Source: Alphaproteobacteria bacterium
Lineage (GTDB): Bacteria; Pseudomonadota; Alphaproteobacteria; Rhodospirillales; Rhodospirillaceae
Assembly (NCBI GenBank): GCA_030604885.1
Contig: JAUVUZ010000013.1
Span: 387 to 64,386, forward strand
Length of the DNA: 64,000 bases
Reading direction: 5' to 3'
Part shown: one piece after another, positions 55,711 to 64,000 of the stretch
Position numbering within the stretch: the stretch's first letter is position 1
How the letters are laid out: every line of letters begins with the position of its first letter
Notes under the pieces: model-generated
Told to the model about the DNA's origin: nothing
What the model saw: the letters and a program-made list of their open reading frames with translations, nothing else
Databases searched by the model: none
Program-made: the position numbers and the translations under genes

Positions 55711-57437
55711 CGACACCGCTGCTCGAACGCACCTTCGCTTCCACCCTCGCGGCGGTGATCGCCGAATTCTCCGCCCGGCCGGGCGTGCGCCTGGAAGCCT
55801 GGGTGTACGACGACCTCCACGCCCGCCGCGCCGCCGAGGGCGCGCTGATGCAAGCGGGGGTGACCGCGCGGGTGCGCTCGGCGTTCAAGCCGCTGGTCCA
55901 CTTCTTCCTCGAGGAGGCCGAGCCCGGCTTCGTGCGCGCCGACGTCGCCTATCCGGTGCATCCGGCCGCGCCCGCCAACCGCTTCCTGCTCGAGGCCTAT
56001 CCCCTCGCCGGGCTGCTGAAGGGGGTGGACCTGCGGTTCTCCGCCGGGTCCGACGAGCCGCTCACCTACGTCGTCGCCCTCGGCTACGCCGACGGCACCA
56101 CCCGCACCCACCGGGTGTTCGCCCCCAACCGCGAACACGCCGACGCGGTGGCCGAGCCGCAGCTCTCCCCCACCGGCTGGCTGCGCGTCGAAGAGGCGGA
56201 CGGCAGCCGCGCCGACCGGCCGCTCGTCACCGACGCCGAGCAGATCTTCGCCGCCGCCGTCGCCGCCGCCGCCGAATGGCCGGAACGGGCGCCGGAGGCG
56301 CCGCCCGAGCAGCTGCGCCTCGCCCTGCACCTGCCGTGGCCCGACCAGCCCCTCGGCTTCGGCGACGAGGCGATCCGCCTCGCCGAGGCGCTGCACGAAG
56401 ACCTCTACTTCTCGCTGCTGGAGGTGTTCCAGACCCGCTCGGGCCTCGCCCTCGGCGACCGCACCCTGCAACCGGGGCAGATCGCGCCGGTGGCGGTGGT
56501 GGCCCCCGGCGCGGCGCGGGTGCGGGTGAGCAGCCGCGCCCTCGACCCGGCGGACCCGGAGGCCCCGGCGGTGGACCTCGCCGACCCGCACGAGCCGCCG
56601 CCGCCCGCGCAGATCGCCGCCGCCCTCGCCGAGGTGGGGGGCACGGCGTTCGAGGCGCGCTCCACCGGCGGCCGCCCGGTGCGGGCGCGCCACCGCGAGG
56701 GCGCCGACGCGGCGGTGATGATCTCCGGCGGCCAGCACGCCAACGAACCCTCGGGCATCGTCGGCGCCCTGCGCGCGGCGCAGGCGCTGGCGCTGCGGCC
56801 GGAGGCCCACTTCACCGTGGCGCCGCTGGAAAACCCCGACGGCTACGCCCTCTACCGCGAGCTGATCGCCCTCTCCCCCGGGCAGATGCTGCACGCCGCC
56901 CGCTACACCGCCCTCGGCGACGACTTGGAATACCGCACCTCCGCCCCCCGCTTCGAAAGCGCGATCCGCGACGAGGCGCTGCGCCGGGCGCGGCCGCGCT
57001 TCCACGTCAACCTCCACGGCTATCCGGCCCACGAGTGGTGCCGCCCGTTCACCGGCTACGTGCCGCGCGGCTTCGCCCAGTGGATGCTGCCGCGCGGGTT
57101 CTTTTTCATCGTCCGCCACCACGCGGCGTGGAGCGGCGCGGCGGAGCGGCTGATCGCCGCCGTCACCCGCCGGGTGGGCGCGGCCCTGCCCGAGGTTCTG
57201 GCGCTCACCGAGCGGCAGCGCGCCGCCTCCGCCCCCCACGCGGGGGAGAACGGCTTCCGCGTCGTCAACGGCTTCTGCTGCCAGATTTCGGTGGACGACA
57301 CCCTGCCGACGCCCCTGAAGCTGACCACCGAATACCCGGACGAAAGCCTGCGGGGCGCCGATTTCGCCCTCGCCTGCGCCGCCCAGGCGGAAACCGTGCT
57401 GGCCGCCTACGACGCCTATCAGAAGATCGTGGGTTAG
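55707..57437 (+). CDS. M14-family zinc carboxypeptidase-like protein with an uncharacterised N-terminal region of about 390 aa
   Basis: This is the 3' part of ORF 55317..57437, trimmed to the ATG at 55707 (GGGAGG upstream, ATGA overlap with the permease stop). The C-terminal third has M14 motifs: HxxE (GGQHANEPSG), NPDG and a distal His (HVNLHGYP). Confidence 0.7.
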   Translation: MTTPLLERTFASTLAAVIAEFSARPGVRLEAWVYDDLHARRAAEGALMQAGVTARVRSAFKPLVHFFLEEAEPGFVRADVAYPVHPAAPANRFLLEAYPLAGLLKGVDLRFSAGSDEPLTYVVALGYADGTTRTHRVFAPNREHADAVAEPQLSPTGWLRVEEADGSRADRPLVTDAEQIFAAAVAAAAEWPERAPEAPPEQLRLALHLPWPDQPLGFGDEAIRLAEALHEDLYFSLLEVFQTRSGLALGDRTLQPGQIAPVAVVAPGAARVRVSSRALDPADPEAPAVDLADPHEPPPPAQIAAALAEVGGTAFEARSTGGRPVRARHREGADAAVMISGGQHANEPSGIVGALRAAQALALRPEAHFTVAPLENPDGYALYRELIALSPGQMLHAARYTALGDDLEYRTSAPRFESAIRDEALRRARPRFHVNLHGYPAHEWCRPFTGYVPRGFAQWMLPRGFFFIVRHHAAWSGAAERLIAAVTRRVGAALPEVLALTERQRAASAPHAGENGFRVVNGFCCQISVDDTLPTPLKLTTEYPDESLRGADFALACAAQAETVLAAYDAYQKIVG

Positions 57438-58039
57438 CGGGAGATCGCCATGTTGATGCCGAAGGCGACGAACAGGGCGCCGGTGGCGCGCTCGACGACG
57501 CGGCGGGCGCGCAGGTAGCGGGCGCGGATCGCCTCGCGGCCGAGGCTCCAGATCCACAGGCCGTAGAACGTGCCGGAGATCGTCACCATCATCGCGATCG
57601 CCGCCAGCCCGGCGGACAGCGGCGCCTCGCGCGGCATCGTCGCGGCGAAGATGGTGGCGACGAACGCGCCGCTCTTGGGGTTGGCGAGCTGGGTGGCGAG
57701 ACCGCGGCGGAACCCCCGCCAGCCCGACTGACGGCCCACCGCGATGGCGTCGAGCGGCCCGGACTTCTTGAAGATCAGCCGCGCGCCGAGGTAGACGATG
57801 TAGGCGCCGCCCGCCGCCTTGAGGCCGATGTAGAGCCACGGCGCCGCGCCGAACAGCAGGCCGACGCCGAAGAACCCGGCGGCGCCCCAGACCACCGTGC
57901 CCGCCAGCACCCCGGCGACGGTCCAAAGCGCGACGCGGCGCGAGGACTCGAGGGCGGTGCCGGTGATCAGCAGCACGTTCGGCCCCGGCGTCACCACCGC
58001 CACCATCCACAACAGCGCGAACGTCGCCGCCGAAGTCAT
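57434..58039 (-). CDS. LysE/RhtB family amino-acid exporter
   Basis: This is the 3' part of ORF 57434..59218, trimmed to the ATG at 58039 (GGAGG lies 7 nt upstream). The product is MTSAATFALLWMVAVVTPGPNVLLI... Confidence 0.8.
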   Translation of the reverse strand: MTSAATFALLWMVAVVTPGPNVLLITGTALESSRRVALWTVAGVLAGTVVWGAAGFFGVGLLFGAAPWLYIGLKAAGGAYIVYLGARLIFKKSGPLDAIAVGRQSGWRGFRRGLATQLANPKSGAFVATIFAATMPREAPLSAGLAAIAMMVTISGTFYGLWIWSLGREAIRARYLRARRVVERATGALFVAFGINMAISR

Positions 58040-58195
58040 CGCCATGCCTCCGCTTTTCCCGATGCTCCAGCAATGCGCCCGGCGCGGCGCGGCGTCAAGG
58101 GGCACAGCGGCCGGAACGTTTTTCCCGACTCGGGACTTTTGCTTTCTGCCCGTGGACCCGATATGGTCCGCGCGCGCTGAAAACGGGGAACGACG

Positions 58196-59359
58196 ATGCG
58201 GCAGGCGGACGGCGGCGAACGGCAGACGGGCGGCGAACGGGACCTGCGTCTCGACGCGTTCCGCGGGCTGGCGCTGTGGTTCATTTTCGTCAACCACATC
58301 CCCGCCAACCTGGTCTCGTGGCTGACGCCGCGCAACTTCGGCTTGAGCGATTCCACCGAGATCTTCGTGTTCATCTCCGGCTACACCGCCGCGATGGTCT
58401 ACGGCCGCACCCTCGAACGCTCCGGCTATCCGGTGGCGGCGGCCCAGGTACTGCACCGCTGCTGGACCCTCTACGCCACCTACCTCGTGCTGTTCTTCGG
58501 CTTCGCCGCGCAGATCGCCTACACCGCGCGGGTGTTCGGCTCGCCGCTGTTCGTGGAGGAAATGGGCCTCGCCGCCTATTTCCACGACCCGGTGGCGGCG
58601 CTCACCGAGGCGCTGGCGCTGCGCTTCCGCCCCGCCAACCTCGACATCCTGCCGCTCTACATCGTGCTGATGGCGTCGCTCACGCTGCTGCTGCCGCTGC
58701 TGCGGCGCTTCCCCGGCGCGGCGCTCGCCGGGTCGGTCGCGCTTTACGTCGCCGCCCGCGCGGCGGATTGGAACCTCCCCACCTATCCCGACGGCGGGGT
58801 GTGGTACTTCAACCCGTTCGCGTGGCAGCTGATGTTCGTGTTCGGCGCCGCCATGCGCCGCCTGCCCGAGGTCGCCGAAACCCTGGCGCGGCCCCGCCCC
58901 CTCGCCACCTTCGCCGCCGCCGCGGTGCTGCTGGCGAGCCTGGCGCTCACCCTGTCGTGGCGCATCCCGGCGCTCGACGCGGCGCTGCCGCTCGCGGTCG
59001 CCGAGGCGATCTACCCGATCAGCAAGACCGACCTCGACCCGCTGCGGATCGTCCACTTCCTCGCGCTTGCCTATCTCGCGCTGCGGTTCGTGCCGGTGGG
59101 CGCGCCGTGGCTGCGCCACCGGCTGCTGGCGCCGGTGGTGGCGTGCGGCCGCCAGTCGCTGCCGGTGTTCTGCCTGGGCGTGCTGCTGTCGTTCGCCGGG
59201 CAGACCGTGCTGGTGCATGTCAGCGGCTCGATTCCGGCGCAGATTGCTGTTACCGTCGTCGGCATCGGCGCGATGACCGGGCTGGCGGCGTTCGTCACCT
59301 GGTATCGCGCCGCCGGGAAGGTGCGGCCCCCGGAGGTTGCCGCCGCGAGGAACGCTTAA
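58196..59359 (+). CDS. OpgC-domain membrane acyltransferase-like protein
   Basis: ORF 58196..59359 (387 aa). It has the N-terminal motif RDLRLDAFRGLALWFIFVNH and about 10 TM segments. Confidence 0.75.
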   Translation: MRQADGGERQTGGERDLRLDAFRGLALWFIFVNHIPANLVSWLTPRNFGLSDSTEIFVFISGYTAAMVYGRTLERSGYPVAAAQVLHRCWTLYATYLVLFFGFAAQIAYTARVFGSPLFVEEMGLAAYFHDPVAALTEALALRFRPANLDILPLYIVLMASLTLLLPLLRRFPGAALAGSVALYVAARAADWNLPTYPDGGVWYFNPFAWQLMFVFGAAMRRLPEVAETLARPRPLATFAAAAVLLASLALTLSWRIPALDAALPLAVAEAIYPISKTDLDPLRIVHFLALAYLALRFVPVGAPWLRHRLLAPVVACGRQSLPVFCLGVLLSFAGQTVLVHVSGSIPAQIAVTVVGIGAMTGLAAFVTWYRAAGKVRPPEVAAARNA

Positions 59360-59361
59360 GC

Positions 59362-60102
59362 ATGACCTTGGGCGCGGTTTGCCGTGTCGCCGCGGTTCTG
59401 ATCTGCGTCGGCGCTTCCCCGGCGCTGGCGGACGGCTGCGAGGTGCCCGAGGCGCTGCTGGCGAGCGACGCCGACCTGCCCGCCGCGCGGGCGCGGGTGG
59501 CTTCGGGCAAGCCCCTGTCGATCCTGATCGTCACCTCCGCCAAGCCCGGCCCGGCCGGGTCGCTGCCCGGCTTCCCCACCCGACTTCCCGCCGCGATCGC
59601 CCGCGCCGCCCACGGCGTGGGGGTGGAGGCGGCGGTGCTCAACCTGCCGCGCATGACCGCGCCCGAGATGCTGGGGCCGATGGCGCGCGCGGTGGCCGAG
59701 CGCCGCCCGGCGCTGGTGGTGTGGCAGACCGGCACCGTCGACGCGATGGTGAGCCTCGACGTCGAGACCTTCGGCGCCGCCCTCGGCGAGGGGATCGCGA
59801 CGATCCACCGGCTCGGCGCCGACGCGGTGGTGATGGACATGCAATACAGCCCGCAGACCGCGCAGCTGATCGACCTCGCCCCCTATGCGGAATCCGTCAC
59901 CTGGGCGAGCCGCGCCGGGGGGGCGATGCACTTCCCCCGCCACGCGATCATGCGCCACTGGGTCGACGCGGGCCGGGTGGACTTCGGCGACGGCGGGTTG
60001 CTCGCCAAGGAAGCGGCGTACGATTTCGTCCACCGCTGCCTCGCCCGCCTGCTCGGCGGCGGCATCGCCGCGCGGCTGGAGCGCCCGCCTCAGGCCGAAT
60101 AG
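59362..60102 (+). CDS. Secreted hypothetical protein (possibly SGNH-fold; catalytic Ser motif not evident)
   Basis: This is the 3' part of ORF 58276..60102, trimmed to the ATG at 59362, 2 nt after the opgC stop. It has a signal peptide (MTLGAVCRVAAVLICVGASPALA). Only its coupling to opgC suggests a function. Confidence 0.55.
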   Translation: MTLGAVCRVAAVLICVGASPALADGCEVPEALLASDADLPAARARVASGKPLSILIVTSAKPGPAGSLPGFPTRLPAAIARAAHGVGVEAAVLNLPRMTAPEMLGPMARAVAERRPALVVWQTGTVDAMVSLDVETFGAALGEGIATIHRLGADAVVMDMQYSPQTAQLIDLAPYAESVTWASRAGGAMHFPRHAIMRHWVDAGRVDFGDGGLLAKEAAYDFVHRCLARLLGGGIAARLERPPQAE

Positions 60103-60617
60103 TCGGCGTGGCAGTTGGGGGTTTCCCACACCCGCAGGTTCACCAGCCGGGCGAGGCCGCCGGAGCGCGCCTCGACGCGCGGCGCGAGGCGGCCGAACCA
60201 GTGCGCCGCCAGGGTTTCGGCGGTGGGGGTTCCGGCGATCACGTAGAGCTTGGTGCCGAGGCGGGTTTCCGAGGTGAGGGCGTAGCCCTCGGCGGCCACC
60301 GCATTGGCGAGCCGCCCCTTCCACTGGGCGAACGCCGCGCCCCCGGGGCAGAGCATCTCCAGCACCGCGTCGTCGCCCAGCTCGGCGATGAAGCCGTGGT
60401 CGCAGGGGGCGTCGATGGTCTCCAGCATCTCCTCCTTGAGGAAGCCGAAGTCGATCACCATGCCGTCCTGCTCGCCGCCCGCGTGGGGGCGGGGCGCGGC
60501 GCAGGTGGCCTCGATCTCGTAACGGTGGCCGTGGAGGTTGCGGCACTTGGAGCCGTGGGTGCGGATGCGGTGCCCGGCGTCGATGCCGATGCGGCGGGTG
60601 ACGTGGTAGAGGGTCAT
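60090..60617 (-). CDS. queD: 6-carboxy-5,6,7,8-tetrahydropterin synthase
   Basis: This is the 3' part of ORF 60090..61163, trimmed to the ATG at 60617 (ATGA overlap with the queE stop). It has the motif CRNLHGHRY. Confidence 0.85.
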   Translation of the reverse strand: MTLYHVTRRIGIDAGHRIRTHGSKCRNLHGHRYEIEATCAAPRPHAGGEQDGMVIDFGFLKEEMLETIDAPCDHGFIAELGDDAVLEMLCPGGAAFAQWKGRLANAVAAEGYALTSETRLGTKLYVIAGTPTAETLAAHWFGRLAPRVEARSGGLARLVNLRVWETPNCHADYSA

Positions 60618-61249
60618 GGAATCCCGATCAGCTTGTGGGTCTGCAACGACAGCCGCCAGCGCGGGTGCGCCCGGCAGTAGGCGACGCAGGCGGCGAGGTT
60701 GGCGGCGGCGTCCGGCCCGTCCATCGGTTGCAGGAAAAAGTGGCGGAAGGCAAGCGCGGCGAGGGCGGCCGGGTCGAACCCCGGCTGCGGCCACACCAGC
60801 TTGAGTTCGTCGCCCGCCGCCTGCGCCAGCGGCGCCCCGGCCTTGGGCGAGACGCAGATCCAATCGAGGCCGGGCGGCGCCGGGCGGGTGCCGTTGGTCT
60901 CCACCGCCACCTCGAAGCCCTCGGCGTGCAGCGCCGCGATCAGCGGTTCGTCCAGTTGCAGCAGCGGCTCGCCGCCGGTGCAGACGACGTAGGGCACGCC
61001 GCCCTCGGAGGCCTCGCGCCAGCACGCCGCCACCGCCGCCGCAAGGGCTTCCGGCGTGGCGAAATCGCCGCCGCCCGGGCCATCGGTGCCGACGAAATCG
61101 GTGTCGCAGAAGCGGCAGGTGGCGCGCTCCCGGTCCTTGTCCCGGCCGCTCCACAGGTTGCACCCGGCGAAGCGGCAGAACACCGCCGCGCGCCCGGCGT
61201 GCGCACCCTCGCCCTGGAGGGTGTGGAAGATCTCCTTGACGCGGTACAT
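60614..61249 (-). CDS. queE: 7-carboxy-7-deazaguanine synthase (radical SAM)
   Basis: This is the 3' part of ORF 60614..61888, trimmed to the ATG at 61249. The product is [33 protein letters not shown]...CRFCDT. Confidence 0.85.
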   Translation of the reverse strand: MYRVKEIFHTLQGEGAHAGRAAVFCRFAGCNLWSGRDKDRERATCRFCDTDFVGTDGPGGGDFATPEALAAAVAACWREASEGGVPYVVCTGGEPLLQLDEPLIAALHAEGFEVAVETNGTRPAPPGLDWICVSPKAGAPLAQAAGDELKLVWPQPGFDPAALAALAFRHFFLQPMDGPDAAANLAACVAYCRAHPRWRLSLQTHKLIGIP

Positions 61250-61947
61250 CACACCCCGTCCAGCCAGCGCCGCCAACCGTCGGCGCGCAGGTCGCAGGCC
61301 GGGCACGCGCCGCAGCCGAAGCCCCAGTCGTGGCGGGTGACGTGGTCGCCGACGTAGCACGAATGGGTGCCGCGGTTGATGAGGTCCACCAGCACCCGGC
61401 CGCCCAGGTCCATGGCGAGACCCCAGGTGGCGGCCTTGTCGATCCACATCAGCGGCGTGTGGACGACGAAGCGGCTCTCCATGCCGAGGCTGAGCGCCAC
61501 CTGCATCGCCTTGATGGTGTCGTCGCGGCAATCGGGGTAGCCCGAATAATCGGTCTCGCACACCCCGGTGACGATGTGCTTCAATCCCCGGCGGTAGGCG
61601 ACCGCCGCCGCCAGCGTGAGGAACAGCAGGTTGCGCCCGGGCACGAAGGTGTTGGGCAGGCCGTTCTCGCCCATCTCGATGGCGACGTCCTCGATCATCG
61701 CGGTGTGGCCGATGGCGGCGAGCGCGCCCGCGTCCAGCAACGTGTCCTCGCCCAGGCGCGCGCCCCACTCCGGGAACAGGGCGCGCAGCTCGGGCAGGAA
61801 GCGTTGCCGCACATCGAGTTCCACGCGATGGCGCTGGCGGTAGTCGAAGCCGATCGTCTCCACCCGGCCGAAGCGGGCGAGCGCCCACGCCAGACAGGTG
61901 GCGGAATCCTGCCCGCCGGAAAAGAGAACCAATGCGCCGTCGTTCAT
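61249..61947 (-). CDS. queC: 7-cyano-7-deazaguanine synthase
   Basis: ORF 61249..62037, trimmed to the ATG at 61947. It has the PP-loop LFSGGQDS and a C-terminal Zn cluster (CGACPAC). Confidence 0.9.
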   Translation of the reverse strand: MNDGALVLFSGGQDSATCLAWALARFGRVETIGFDYRQRHRVELDVRQRFLPELRALFPEWGARLGEDTLLDAGALAAIGHTAMIEDVAIEMGENGLPNTFVPGRNLLFLTLAAAVAYRRGLKHIVTGVCETDYSGYPDCRDDTIKAMQVALSLGMESRFVVHTPLMWIDKAATWGLAMDLGGRVLVDLINRGTHSCYVGDHVTRHDWGFGCGACPACDLRADGWRRWLDGV

Positions 61948-62063
61948 TCCATGCCTCTGCGTTGCGTTCGAGACCCTATACCACCGCTCGCCGCCGGGCG
62001 GAACCGCCCCCTTGCCGAATCGGTTTCTCTGCGCCACCTCAATTGGGTAGCGGAGTTCCTCGG

Positions 62064-62684
62064 ATGCCCCAGCCCTTGCCCAGCCTCGTCGCCTGCCCGG
62101 ATTGCGACGCCCTTTACCGCCGCCGCGACCTCGCGCCGGGGGAGAAGGCGCGCTGCGCCCGCTGCGGCGCCACCCTCTACAAGGCCCCCGGCCTGCTCAA
62201 CCCCGATCGCGTGCTCGCCCTGGTGGTGGCGGCCCTGATCTGCTACGCCATCGCCAACGCGATGCCGATCGTGCGGCTTTCGGCGGGCGGCATCACCCAC
62301 ACCACCACCCTGATCGGCTCGATCGGCGTGCTGTGGGCCGAGAACCGCGGCCTCACCGCCACCCTCGCCTTCGCCACCGCCCTGGCGTTTCCGCTGATCG
62401 AGCTCTCGGCCCTGCTGGCGGTGCTGATCGCCATCCGCACCCGGCCGGGGGCGCCGTTCGTCGCCACCCTGCTGCGCGGCGTGCAGGCGGTGCGGCCGTG
62501 GGGCATGATCGAGGTGTTCATGCTCGGCGTCGTCGTCGCCCTGGTCAAGATCTCGAAGACCGCGCAGGTGGTGCCCGGGGTGGCGCTGTGGGCGTTCGCC
62601 GCGCTCACCATCCTGCTCGCCGCGATCGTCTCCTACGACCTGCGCGAGCTGTGGAACCTGCGCCGGGTGGAGGAAACGCCGTGA
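62064..62684 (+). CDS. pqiA: Paraquat-inducible protein A family membrane protein (first half-gene)
   Basis: ORF 61932..62684, trimmed to the ATG at 62064. It has an N-terminal Zn ribbon (CPDCDALY...CARCG) and 4 TM segments. Confidence 0.8.
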   Translation: MPQPLPSLVACPDCDALYRRRDLAPGEKARCARCGATLYKAPGLLNPDRVLALVVAALICYAIANAMPIVRLSAGGITHTTTLIGSIGVLWAENRGLTATLAFATALAFPLIELSALLAVLIAIRTRPGAPFVATLLRGVQAVRPWGMIEVFMLGVVVALVKISKTAQVVPGVALWAFAALTILLAAIVSYDLRELWNLRRVEETP

Positions 62685-63319
62685 CCGCCGAGATCTCCAC
62701 CGCCCGCGCCGAGGGCCTGGTGGCGTGCGAGACCTGCGGCCTGGTCTCCGACCCGGGCGGCGCGCACCGGCCCCAGTGCCCGCGCTGCGGCGCGGCGCTG
62801 CACCGCCGCAAGCCCAACGCCCTCGCCCGCACCTGGGCGCTGCTGATCGCCGCAGCGATTCTCTACGTGCCCGCCAACCTGCTGCCGGTGATGACCACCA
62901 AGACGCTGTTCCGCACCACCTCCGACACGATCATGAGCGGCATCGTCTACTTCTGGAAATCCGGCTCGCCGGACCTCGCGATCCTGATCTTCGCGGTGTC
63001 GATCTTCATTCCCATCGCCAAGATCGGCTGCCTCGCGCTGCTGGCGCTGGCGGCGCGGCGCGGCGCGGCGCGGGGCTTGCGGCAGCGGGCCACGGTCTAC
63101 CGCATCGTCGATTTCGTCGGCCGCTGGTCGATGCTCGACATCTTCGTCGTCACCATGACCGTGGGGATGGTACGCTTCCGCAGCCTCGCCACCATCGACG
63201 CCGAACCGGGAGCCGCCGCGTTCGGCGCGGTGGTGGTGCTGACGATGATCGCCGCCCACAGCTTCGACCCGCGGCTGATCTGGGACAGCTCCGAGGACCG
63301 AACCGAGGACCCCCGATGA
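62681..63319 (+). CDS. pqiA: Paraquat-inducible protein A family membrane protein (second half-gene)
   Basis: This is the 3' part of ORF 62102..63319, trimmed to the GTG at 62681 (GGAGGAA upstream, GTGA overlap). It has a Zn ribbon (CETCG...CPRCG) and TM segments. Confidence 0.8.
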   Translation: MTAEISTARAEGLVACETCGLVSDPGGAHRPQCPRCGAALHRRKPNALARTWALLIAAAILYVPANLLPVMTTKTLFRTTSDTIMSGIVYFWKSGSPDLAILIFAVSIFIPIAKIGCLALLALAARRGAARGLRQRATVYRIVDFVGRWSMLDIFVVTMTVGMVRFRSLATIDAEPGAAAFGAVVVLTMIAAHSFDPRLIWDSSEDRTEDPR

Positions 63320-64000
63320 CCGACCTCCCGAAACAGGCTCCCGAACCCGACGTCGCGCGCTCGCCGCGCTGGGTGCCGTCGCTGATCTGGCTGGTGCCGA
63401 TCGTCGCCGGGCTGATCGGCCTGTCGCTGCTGATCCACGAGTTCCGCAACGCCGGGCCGACCATCGAGGTCACCTTCGCCACCGCCGAGGGCATCGAGCC
63501 GGGCAAGACCAAGGTGAAGTTCAAGAACGTCGACATCGGCAGCGTCACCGAGGTGCGGCTTTCCGACGACCGCTCCGCCGCGGTGGTGAAGATCGCCCTC
63601 AACCAGTCGGCGGCGGATTTCGCGGTGGAGGACAGCCGCTTCTGGGTGGTGCGGCCGCGCCTCGCCGGGGCCACGGTCTCGGGCCTCGGCACCCTGCTCT
63701 CGGGCGTCTACATCGGCGTCGACGCCGGACGCTCGAAGCAGGAGCGCAGCCGCTTCACCGGCCTCGAAACCCCGCCGGTGGTGTCGTCCGACGTGCCGGG
63801 CACCCGCTTCGTGCTGCGCGCCGAGGACATCGGCTCCCTCGACGTGGGGGCGCCGGTCTACTTCCGCCGCCTCCAGGCCGGGCAGGTGGAGCGCTTCTCC
63901 CTCGACCCGGACGGCCGCCGCATCACCCTCGGCGTGTTCATCCGCGCGCCCTACGACGGCTTCGTCACCCAGCGCACCCGCTTCTGGCACGCGAGCGGCA
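63316..64000 (+). CDS. pqiB: MCE-domain intermembrane transport protein PqiB, N-terminal part (continues beyond right edge)
   Basis: The ATG at 63316 overlaps the pqiA stop (ATGA), and the frame is open to the window end. My own translation is MTDLPKQAPEPDVARSPRWVPSLIWLVPIVAGLIGLSLL...GKTKVKFKNVDIGSVTEV.., a TM anchor followed by a first MCE domain. Confidence 0.8.
   Translation, partial: MTDLPKQAPEPDVARSPRWVPSLIWLVPIVAGLIGLSLLIHEFRNAGPTIEVTFATAEGIEPGKTKVKFKNVDIGSVTEVRLSDDRSAAVVKIALNQSAADFAVEDSRFWVVRPRLAGATVSGLGTLLSGVYIGVDAGRSKQERSRFTGLETPPVVSSDVPGTRFVLRAEDIGSLDVGAPVYFRRLQAGQVERFSLDPDGRRITLGVFIRAPYDGFVTQRTRFWHASG

Noticed and set aside
61948-62063. Possible preQ1 riboswitch upstream of queC.
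   Set aside because: There is no small hairpin followed by the A-rich CUA tail characteristic of preQ1-I. The region is a short divergent promoter region shared with pqiA.

Overview
Very GC-rich (by eye about 70%) chromosomal segment with alphaproteobacterial gene content and synteny. No similarity search was run; all calls come from reading the ORF track and the DNA, and family names come from motif recall. I count about 60 protein genes, one tRNA-Arg(CCG) and several intrinsic terminators. I see no rRNA, CRISPR, transposase, integrase or phage genes. Most ORF-track entries are too long at the 5' end, or are antisense artefacts of the high GC, so I trimmed starts to ATG/GTG codons with a Shine-Dalgarno. 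Many neighbouring genes overlap by 4 nt (ATGA or GTGA), which supports the operon calls.

Layout:
- 1-24.2 kb: conserved core synteny. addA-addB, murU-amgK-tsaE, ferredoxin-NADP reductase, a PAS histidine-kinase homologue with degenerate catalytic motifs, ahcY, a small insert (AEC transporter, DapA-like aldolase, ceramidase-like membrane protein), a PTS operon (hprK-rapZ-EIIA(Man)-HPr-EI), chvG-chvI, a PCu(A)C copper chaperone and GTP-type PEPCK.
- 24.2-30.8 kb: the most interesting block. Three tandem genes for secreted proteins with PEP-CTERM-type exosortase sorting tails, each preceded by a perfect sigma-54 promoter (TGGCAC-N5-TTGC). They lie divergently next to the PEP-CTERM-system two-component pair prsK/prsR (prsR is a sigma-54 activator). 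No exosortase is in the window.
- 31-36.3 kb: rnk, polA with a translationally coupled zf-CHCC mini-protein, an orphan PemK/MazF-like gene, an ABC ATPase with no permease, and tRNA-Arg.
- 36.3-36.7 kb: an unexplained, hairpin-rich 177-178 bp tandem repeat directly after the tRNA.
- 36.7-64 kb: accessory and metabolic genes. SnoaL-like, VOC, MATE, azlCD and a large HD-GYP sensor. A complete L-threonate/D-erythronate (tetronate) operon (ltnD-otnK-otnC-otnI-deoR-denD-gntP). A peptide ABC importer coupled to an M14 peptidase with a large unknown N-terminal domain. LysE, OpgC, queCED and pqiA-pqiA-pqiB (which runs off the right edge).
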